Origin: a virus
Length of the DNA: 64,000 nucleotides
IMG/VR virus record: IMGVR_UViG_3300012663_000801
Span: 1-64,000 of that record
Strand: one strand, 5' to 3'
Position numbers and translations under genes: made by a program. This document shows positions 56,859 to 64,000 of the stretch, piece by piece. The notes below the pieces were generated by a model, which searched no databases, was not told the origin of the DNA, and saw only the letters and a program-made list of their open reading frames with translations. How positions within the stretch are numbered: position 1 is the first letter of the stretch; the number at the start of each line of letters is the position of its first letter.

Positions 56859-57434
56859 ATGAAAGTTTTAGAAGATCATTGGGTAGACACCGCGAAAAGA
56901 GTCCCATTGGAAGGTGGCAGTAAAATGTATGTTCGTAGATTTCTCATTCAACATTTTACAAGTGGTGCGACTGGAATGTCCTCTATTAATTTTTGGAAAA
57001 CTCCCGACGCTAAAGGCGCATCTGCACATTTCGTGATTGATAGAGACGGAACATTATTTCAATGTCGTCCTTGTAACGTCACATGCGGTCACGCAGGCAA
57101 ATCATCGTGGACTTTCAAAGGTAAAACATATACAGGATTAAATTCTTGTTCAATTGGTATTGAATATGCCAATGCTGGTGATTCTACTAATTTAATTAAA
57201 CGTTATTCTAAATTGCCACCTCTGAGAGCTAAACACAAAAATGGTGGACCGCTTTGTGATTGGGAACAATATACTCCCGAACAAATCGCAACTGGCAAAG
57301 AATTGAGTAAAGTTCTCACCGAGCGTTATAAATTAGACGCTATCTTGGGTCATGATGACATCGCACCTGATCGTAAAGTCGATCCGGGTCCAGCATTTCC
57401 TATGGAAGAATTTCGTAAATATTGTGGATTTTAA
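56859..57434 (+). CDS. N-acetylmuramoyl-L-alanine amidase
   Basis: HFT, SAHFVI, HAG, SIGIE, GHDDIAP.RK.DPG. Confidence 0.9.
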   Translation: MKVLEDHWVDTAKRVPLEGGSKMYVRRFLIQHFTSGATGMSSINFWKTPDAKGASAHFVIDRDGTLFQCRPCNVTCGHAGKSSWTFKGKTYTGLNSCSIGIEYANAGDSTNLIKRYSKLPPLRAKHKNGGPLCDWEQYTPEQIATGKELSKVLTERYKLDAILGHDDIAPDRKVDPGPAFPMEEFRKYCGF

Positions 57435-57442
57435 TACAATAT

Positions 57443-57748
57443 TTATTTAATTTTCTCTTTTAATTTGGCGAATGCTAATCGCACTGCATTGTTAATGGGA
57501 GAATCACCTTCATATTCACTCTCAATATCTTTGATAATTTTTAAAATATTGGATGGTTCTTCTTCTTGTTCGCCATAAACAGTGGAAGTCACCATTGGTG
57601 GTGCTATCCCGATTACCTGCTTATTATAAGATAATTTAGTTCCCGCTTCTTTGGGCACCACTTGATTGGGGACTCTTTGGGGAGGATTGAATCCCGATTG
57701 ATATTCTAAAATTAGATCGGCGTAAAGGTTTTGTAAATTTTTGTCCAC
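57443..57748 (-). CDS. hypothetical late protein
   Basis: GTG start after TAAATA. Confidence 0.65.
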   Translation of the reverse strand: MDKNLQNLYADLILEYQSGFNPPQRVPNQVVPKEAGTKLSYNKQVIGIAPPMVTSTVYGEQEEEPSNILKIIKDIESEYEGDSPINNAVRLAFAKLKEKIK

Positions 57749-57795
57749 GATATTATTTAATTTGATAAGCTCATCTTTCGTGGTTAAATAATAAT

Positions 57796-58440
57796 ATGAA
57801 AAGATGGGGATATCGAAATGAAGAAGAAGCTGAAACTAAAACCAATAATCTTCCAAACATTATTATAACATCTCCAAGTGAAGATCTGACTACAACTGGT
57901 TATGGTATAAGGGTTATAAATAATAAAATTTTATTTTACGCTGATATTGACGAAGGTTCTGTTTTGGAATTGAATCGCATTCTTCTTGAATTGGATTCCA
58001 AATTACAAAGTATCAAAACCATGGGATTTGATGATAATTTCGATCCAACCATTCATTTACACATCAATACCCACGGTGGTGTCGTGTTTGCAGCCTTTTC
58101 CACCGTTGACACGATTCGTAGATTAAAATCAAAGGTCCACACATACGTGGATGGTAACGTCGCCTCTGCTGGCACTCTGATCAGTTGCATTGGTGTCAAG
58201 AGATACATGGGACAACATGCCCATTTACTGATCCATCAATTGAGTTCTGGTGTCTATGGTAAATTTTCTGAAATGGAAGACGAAATGGTCACGTGCAATA
58301 AATTGATGAAATTGCTAAAAGATTTTTATAAAAAGCACACAAAAGTTCCGATGAAAAAAATGGATGAACTCATGAAGCGTGACATTTGGTTGGATGCTCA
58401 AGAGTGCCTCGAATACGGAATAATTGACGAAATTATTTGA
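57796..58440 (+). CDS. clpP: ClpP-like protease
   Basis: INTHGG, ASAGT, IHQ, RDIWLDAQECLEYGIIDEI. Confidence 0.9.
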   Translation: MKRWGYRNEEEAETKTNNLPNIIITSPSEDLTTTGYGIRVINNKILFYADIDEGSVLELNRILLELDSKLQSIKTMGFDDNFDPTIHLHINTHGGVVFAAFSTVDTIRRLKSKVHTYVDGNVASAGTLISCIGVKRYMGQHAHLLIHQLSSGVYGKFSEMEDEMVTCNKLMKLLKDFYKKHTKVPMKKMDELMKRDIWLDAQECLEYGIIDEII

Positions 58441-58546
58441 GAAAATAGGGGTTGATTTTTTGTAGCTTCGTGGCATATTTAGCAAAACGAATGACAAAAA
58501 ATCTGGAAATGAATGAGGAGAATTGAGGGATAAGTAATAGACAATT

Positions 58547-59521
58547 ATGAGTATTTTCGACGAACAAATTAGCAGAAAACCAAACAAATATCCATGGACA
58601 ACGAAATTTATCGAAGCCATGCATCAGGGTTTTTGGACCGATAAAGAATTCAGCTTTAAAGCGGATTATCACCAATTTAAGACTGTTTTGACTGATAGTG
58701 AACGAGAAATTATCGTTCGAACCTTATCGGCAATTGGTCAAATTGAAGTGGCAGTTAAGACATTTTGGTCAAAGCTCGGTGAGAATCTTCCCCATCCATC
58801 GTTATCCGATCTTGGGTTTGTCATGGCAAATGTTGAAGTTATTCACAATAATGCCTATGAGCGTCTTTTGGATGAACTCAATATGGAAGATATTTTCGAG
58901 GAAAATCTTAAACTCGAATGGATTCAAGGTCGCGTGAAGTATCTTAAAAAATATACACATCGCTTTTACAAAGATTCTAAGAAGCAATACCTTTACGCAT
59001 TGATTCTTTTCACATTATTTGTTGAAAATGTTTCTCTGTTCAGCCAATTTTATGTTATCAATTGGTTCGCAAAGAATAAGAATGTTCTTAAGGACACTGA
59101 TCAACAAGTTCGCTATACAAGAAACGAAGAAGCGATCCATGCAATGGTTGGTATGAAGATTATCAATACGATTCGCGAAGAACATCCAGAATTGTTCGAT
59201 AAGGAATTGGAAGAACGTATTCTACATGAAGCGGAGCAAGCTTTCATCGCAGAAAGTAAAATGATCGATTGGATGGTTAATGGTATCGATGAACAGGGAT
59301 TATCGGCACCAATTTTAAAGGAATTTATTAAAAATAGGATAAATGACTCTTTGGATGGAATCGGATTTCCGAAAGTGTTTGAGGTTGACACCAGCATTCT
59401 GGATGATACATTTTGGTTCGATGAGCAAATGCTTGCTCCCAACATGACGGATTTTTTCCATTCCAGACCTGTTGAATACGCTAAAAACACACAATCCTAC
59501 GACGAAGACGATTTATTTTAA
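58547..59521 (+). CDS. nrdB: ribonucleotide reductase class I beta subunit
   Basis: EVIHNNAY, ENVSLFSQF, EEAIH, DFF. Confidence 0.95.
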   Translation: MSIFDEQISRKPNKYPWTTKFIEAMHQGFWTDKEFSFKADYHQFKTVLTDSEREIIVRTLSAIGQIEVAVKTFWSKLGENLPHPSLSDLGFVMANVEVIHNNAYERLLDELNMEDIFEENLKLEWIQGRVKYLKKYTHRFYKDSKKQYLYALILFTLFVENVSLFSQFYVINWFAKNKNVLKDTDQQVRYTRNEEAIHAMVGMKIINTIREEHPELFDKELEERILHEAEQAFIAESKMIDWMVNGIDEQGLSAPILKEFIKNRINDSLDGIGFPKVFEVDTSILDDTFWFDEQMLAPNMTDFFHSRPVEYAKNTQSYDEDDLF

Positions 59522-59524
59522 TAT

Positions 59525-61177
59525 ATGACAAGAGAAAAATACTACTGGTTAAACGAAGATTCAATTAAATTTTTAGAGCAAGGCTATCTTAGAGAAGGGC
59601 AATCACCCATCGATAGAATCCAAGAAATTGCAAATACTGCTCAAAAAATCCTCGGTATTGAAGGGTTCGCTGATAAATTTATTGATTACATGTCCCGTGG
59701 CTTTTATAGCCTTTCCACTCCAGTCTGGATGAACTTTGGAAATGATAGGGGCAACCCAATTTCTTGTTTCAATTCCCATATTGGCGATAGTGTGGAAGAT
59801 TTTCTAACCAAACAAGCTGAAGTTGGAATGATGACTAAAGTTGGTGGTGGAACATCTGGATATTTCGGCGATATTCGTCCCCGAGGTTCTAAAATTTCCA
59901 CTGGTGGTGTCGCTGAAGGTTCTGTCAGATGTATGGAATTATTCGACAATGTTGCCAAGATCATTAGCCAAGGGAGCGCACGTAGAGGAAGCTTTGCGGC
60001 ATATTTACCTATTGACCATGGTGACTTTGATGAATTCATGAAGATTCGTTCAGAGGGCCATTCCATCCAAGAGATGTCCATCGGTGTTACCATTCCTGAT
60101 GGATGGATGCAGTCGATGAGAGATGGTGACAAGGAAAAGAGACGTAGATGGGCTGCTGTGATTAAAAAGCGTTCGGAAACTGGATACCCATATATTTTCT
60201 TCACAGATAATGCCAATAAAAATGCCCCACAAGTCTATAAAGATAAGGGATATAAGATCAATGCGAGTAATCTCTGCTCTGAGATTTTCCTGCCATCATC
60301 GAAAGATGAATCTTTCGTCTGTTGTCTCTCATCGTTGAATTTGCTTTGGTGGGATGAAATCAAAGAAACGGATGCAGTTGAAACATTGATCATGTTCTTG
60401 GATGCTGTCATGACAGAATTTATTTCGAAGACCAAGGACATTCGTTTGATGGAAGCTGCTCATAATTTCGCCAAGAATCATAGAGCATTGGGTATGGGCG
60501 TTCTCGGATACCATAGTTATCTCCAATCTAAAATGATTGCATGGGAAAGTATGGATGCACACTATGAGAATATTTCAATCTTTTTTGAAATCCGCAAACG
60601 TGCTGATGATGCAACGAAAAAGCTTGCTGAAATGTTCGGTGAACCTGAAGTATTGAAGGGTTATGGTCGTCGCAATACCACGACTCTCGCGATTGCTCCA
60701 ACTACGAGTTCTAGCTTTATTCTGGGACAAGTCAGTCCAAGCATCGAACCACTTAATAGTAATTACTTCGTCAAGAATCTCGCGAAGGGTCAATTCATCT
60801 ATCGCAACCCCAAACTTGAAGAATTATTGAAATCTAAAGATAAGGATCAAAAAGAAATTTGGAAGAGTATTTTGCTTCATGGTGGCAGTGTCCAGCATCT
60901 TGATTTTCTCACAGATCACGAAAAAGATGTTTTGAAAACATTTGCAGAATTATCACAAAAAGAAGTTGTGATACATGCTGCTCAAAGACAACCCCATATC
61001 GACCAAGGACAATCTCTTAATTTGATGATTCCCGCTGGAACGAAACCAAAAGAAATTAACGAATTGATGATTTTTGCTTGGGAAATGGGTGTCAAGTCAT
61101 TGTATTACCAACGCTCTTCGAATCCAAGTCAAGAATTATCCAGATCAATCCTCACATGTAAATCATGTGAGGGTTAA
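59525..61177 (+). CDS. nrdA: ribonucleotide reductase class I alpha subunit (no ATP cone)
   Basis: ISCF, SNLCSEI, APTTSSS, KSLYY, C-terminal CKSC. Confidence 0.95.
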   Translation: MTREKYYWLNEDSIKFLEQGYLREGQSPIDRIQEIANTAQKILGIEGFADKFIDYMSRGFYSLSTPVWMNFGNDRGNPISCFNSHIGDSVEDFLTKQAEVGMMTKVGGGTSGYFGDIRPRGSKISTGGVAEGSVRCMELFDNVAKIISQGSARRGSFAAYLPIDHGDFDEFMKIRSEGHSIQEMSIGVTIPDGWMQSMRDGDKEKRRRWAAVIKKRSETGYPYIFFTDNANKNAPQVYKDKGYKINASNLCSEIFLPSSKDESFVCCLSSLNLLWWDEIKETDAVETLIMFLDAVMTEFISKTKDIRLMEAAHNFAKNHRALGMGVLGYHSYLQSKMIAWESMDAHYENISIFFEIRKRADDATKKLAEMFGEPEVLKGYGRRNTTTLAIAPTTSSSFILGQVSPSIEPLNSNYFVKNLAKGQFIYRNPKLEELLKSKDKDQKEIWKSILLHGGSVQHLDFLTDHEKDVLKTFAELSQKEVVIHAAQRQPHIDQGQSLNLMIPAGTKPKEINELMIFAWEMGVKSLYYQRSSNPSQELSRSILTCKSCEG

Positions 61178-62766
61178 ATGATCCTGATAGGAATTTTCTT
61201 TTCATGTAATTGCGCATAAGACTGGGCCACAGTGTTATGCGCGTTTATTTTATTATTTTGAGCGTCTTTTCGAACATCTAAATTCGATTCAACGAGTTTC
61301 AAAGGAATGTTGTTGAAATGGTGACTATGTGGATACATCACAATCAAATCATCGGATGCTTTGGCATACACGGGGAAATAGCTACCACCGATATAACATT
61401 CACCGATAATTAATCGTCTATCCCTATCTATGGCGAACTTGCCAGTCACCACCGTATTTTCGGTTTGTTGCACCTCCAGAGGCGCTGTGACATGCTGTAG
61501 ATAGGTTTCACCTTCAACTGCCAATCCACCACCTACGATTAAATTATTTTTAACTCCTAGAGAAGATTCGACGTATACTTGCCTATTGGTTCTCAAAACA
61601 ATAGTCTTTAGAGATTGTATCTCAACATTGCTTTCCGATGCGATATGAATACCATGAGAAGCATTTAGATTTATTTGTTTGAATCCTCCTCTTAAAACAG
61701 TTCCACCCATTTCAAATGAACCAGTGGTTTTCAAAGAAATACCCCCAGAGCCAACGATTCTGCTGAAAATATTTCCAACAATCGCATGATCTTTACCACA
61801 AGGGAAATTGGATGCATTGTCAACTTCCTCGACGAGAGGTATATAATCATGATTTTTGTAGATGCCTTTATCAGATACCAACATTTCAAGTGGTTGACTT
61901 CTGCCTTTTTCATCAATCCTTACAGATGGGAAATCATTGAAAATTGCGCCAATCGTTTCAATTTTATTTCTTTTGGTGATAAGATGCTCATCGCCTCCAT
62001 CACCCATTTTCCCTTCAATAATAGTTAATTGTTCTTGGGTGTCCAGTAATTGTTTATCGATATCCAACGCATCTTGATCACTCGCCCATTCACCATTTTC
62101 AGTGGCAGCAGAAACAGATGCACCGAATTCTAAGACACCCGGAGCTTGTGAGCCTCGTGTCCCAGCACTTTTCCCAATATCTTGGAGAGAGATCGATTCA
62201 TATTTCGCAGATTCCCCAATTCTTTCAGTAATGGGAGTATAAACAGTTACTTCATCAATTTTTGATGTCCGGTAAGGTGTTCTACCATAGCCTATGAATT
62301 TATTTTCAACGACAAATACTTTCGAACCTATTACCGGGTTAGCACTACGAGTTCCGCTTGGTGAACTACTCGCACCATTTGGTAATGATATTCCGCCTCT
62401 TTTTATTTTAAATTTTGAATTATTATCCGCAATAGGTTTGATCAAATCTTTCCATTCTTGGAATGCGTTTATCTCATTTTCATCTATGAAACCTTTATAA
62501 TTATAAACAGTGCCTCCGACTCTTTCATTTTTACCACCGACGATAAATTCACTGGAATCTCCTTTGACGGTATCAAATTTATCATTCAATACCATAGTTT
62601 GTTTATTGTTGGTCGCCAATTCGGAATTAGCCACATTGTTCAATAAAATGTTACTTCCCGATCTTTGAGAAATATGAAGTGATTCGTTATCGCTCGTATT
62701 GTTGATAACGATTGATCCACCTCTTTGGTTCAACACTGTGCGGTTTCTATATTTCTTTTTAGACAT
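61174..62766 (-). CDS. baseplate spike/gp5 C-terminal-like protein
   Basis: beta-rich repeats, HSHHF near end, follows OB-fold gene. Confidence 0.6.
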   Translation of the reverse strand: MSKKKYRNRTVLNQRGGSIVINNTSDNESLHISQRSGSNILLNNVANSELATNNKQTMVLNDKFDTVKGDSSEFIVGGKNERVGGTVYNYKGFIDENEINAFQEWKDLIKPIADNNSKFKIKRGGISLPNGASSSPSGTRSANPVIGSKVFVVENKFIGYGRTPYRTSKIDEVTVYTPITERIGESAKYESISLQDIGKSAGTRGSQAPGVLEFGASVSAATENGEWASDQDALDIDKQLLDTQEQLTIIEGKMGDGGDEHLITKRNKIETIGAIFNDFPSVRIDEKGRSQPLEMLVSDKGIYKNHDYIPLVEEVDNASNFPCGKDHAIVGNIFSRIVGSGGISLKTTGSFEMGGTVLRGGFKQINLNASHGIHIASESNVEIQSLKTIVLRTNRQVYVESSLGVKNNLIVGGGLAVEGETYLQHVTAPLEVQQTENTVVTGKFAIDRDRRLIIGECYIGGSYFPVYAKASDDLIVMYPHSHHFNNIPLKLVESNLDVRKDAQNNKINAHNTVAQSYAQLHEKKIPIRII

Positions 62767-62768
62767 AT

Positions 62769-63494
62769 TTAATTTTCAAAATTAGATGGATAATAAGGGG
62801 AAATGTTAGATTGATTATCAGTCCTATTTATGAGTGTGAGACTTCTGTAATCTTGCGTGACTCCGAAATAAACAGGGAAATTGAAATCTCCCAGATAATG
62901 GAATAACCATACTTTAGAACCAACTTCTGGAATTCCCATCAATCCCTTTGTTTTATTGGCGAATTTTTCGGATTTATAACCAAAGGAATATGAATTACAT
63001 TTTACGGAAAATGCATTGATTGGATTATTGAAAGCATCACCCATGATGGTATCTTTATTTTCATAAATGAATGAAGGTGAGAATGAACCGTTTTGTAAAG
63101 TCGGTGGGTCTTCATCGTTTGTTCTGAAACCTTCTTCGTAATTACAATCGGAAATGGTGGAAATGCTATCCTCATCGTTTTGATAATATCGCCCATTCCC
63201 TGACTCACCAATTATAGGGTAACATGGTTCAGCCCATGGAATATTATTCACTATCTCTTTGAAAATTGCAGTGTCATACCAATTATCAGTCGGATTATTA
63301 ACACCACCAATTTTTACATTAATTTCGTCGTATTTATCAAACCAATCATCAAATGGTTGATTTGATAATTCTGGAATATAAATCTTGATTCTATTCAATT
63401 TTAAAGGATCATCATTTTTTACGACGATACCGCTATAAAATGATTCATCAGTTCTTTTGGATTCTATTCCAGAACCACTTCCCCTATTAAACAT
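62769..63494 (-). CDS. gp5 N-terminal OB-fold baseplate hub protein
   Basis: GIVVKNDDP..RIKI.IP, PWAEP, IPEVGSKVW.F..GD..FPVYFG. Confidence 0.8.
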   Translation of the reverse strand: MFNRGSGSGIESKRTDESFYSGIVVKNDDPLKLNRIKIYIPELSNQPFDDWFDKYDEINVKIGGVNNPTDNWYDTAIFKEIVNNIPWAEPCYPIIGESGNGRYYQNDEDSISTISDCNYEEGFRTNDEDPPTLQNGSFSPSFIYENKDTIMGDAFNNPINAFSVKCNSYSFGYKSEKFANKTKGLMGIPEVGSKVWLFHYLGDFNFPVYFGVTQDYRSLTLINRTDNQSNISPYYPSNFEN

Positions 63495-63572
63495 AATATT
63501 ATTTAAGAGAAAAGCACACGAATCAACCGTGTGCTTTCATATTCGAAAATAAAGACGGAGAGTGTCTTACTA

Positions 63573-64000
63573 TTAATATCCGAGTAATCTCTTTCTACGA
63601 GTGTCAGGAGTAGAAACAGAATCTCCTTCGGTGAATGCCGAAGTTGGGACAGTTGTGACTGAACTCAGGAATGTGAAGGTCGTAAATGTATTATCTGTAT
63701 TCACAAGAGCCATCTGAGTGTTATGGAGCGAATTAGGGATATTAAACACCGAACCAAGGACATTCACTGTGACACTTGGATAAGCAGCAAGAGAAAATGA
63801 AGATGCAGTATTGACCGTAGTGCCCACTGAGAAAACAACTGGATTGAATGTGAGACCAACATCAGTAGTGGAAAGAGAAACCATGCCAAGATCTCTGGTC
63901 GCGACAACGACATCAGCACCAGAAACAAATGTAACACCTGTCGAAGAAAGTGTGGTATTGGTGAGATTAGGGTTGCCAGTTTTTTGGGCAGAAAGAATGT
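63573..64000 (-). CDS. Ser/Thr-rich probable structural protein (5' end likely outside window)
   Basis: frame appears open upstream of annotated 63884; hairpin at ~63510-63538 downstream. Confidence 0.55.
   Translation of the reverse strand, partial: ILSAQKTGNPNLTNTTLSSTGVTFVSGADVVVATRDLGMVSLSTTDVGLTFNPVVFSVGTTVNTASSFSLAAYPSVTVNVLGSVFNIPNSLHNTQMALVNTDNTFTTFTFLSSVTTVPTSAFTEGDSVSTPDTRRKRLLGY

Noticed and set aside
59525-61177. Intron or intein in nrdA
   Set aside because: ORF is continuous and compact with no intein motifs
1-64000. Alternative genetic code
   Set aside because: Conserved genes (nrdA, nrdB, thyX, cca) are intact in the standard code and no suppressor tRNA was seen

Overview
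This is a 64-kb segment of a large T4-like (myovirus-type) phage genome in the standard genetic code. It has no integrase or CRISPR array, and the host cannot be identified from this window. (1) 0-16 kb is an RNA-repair and nucleotide block: Rnl1-type RNA ligase, cyclic-phosphate receiver domain, metallophosphoesterase, 2H phosphoesterase and a RadA-like ATPase. It also holds four covarying stem-loop RNAs leading into a 597-aa protein with a TerD-like C-terminus, and an Rnl2/DRB0094-type ligase broken by a naturally split intein with an endonuclease gene between the halves. (2) About 16-42 kb is a + strand run of small genes. Most are preceded by one repeat (TAAAAACT[A/T]-N3-(-10-like hexamer)-N5-9-ATG, about 70 copies by hand count), which often supplies the stop codon of the upstream gene. 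GC rises visibly toward 42 kb, where the run ends at a site with inverted copies of the repeat core, a G-tract and an AT-rich stretch. This block also has paralog families, a tRNA cluster with a group I intron in tRNA-Leu(UAA) next to an HNH gene, a parS-like palindrome and repeated RNA-like elements. (3) 42-64 kb has a second tRNA cluster with an attenuator-like leader, and late-promoter (TAAATA) genes with T4 capsid-targeting-like N-termini, including an HhH-like/CCA-HD/Nudix fusion. It also carries thyX, rlpA, an amidase, clpP, nrdB, nrdA and split gp5-like baseplate genes. All family assignments come from motif recognition by eye; no searches were run.
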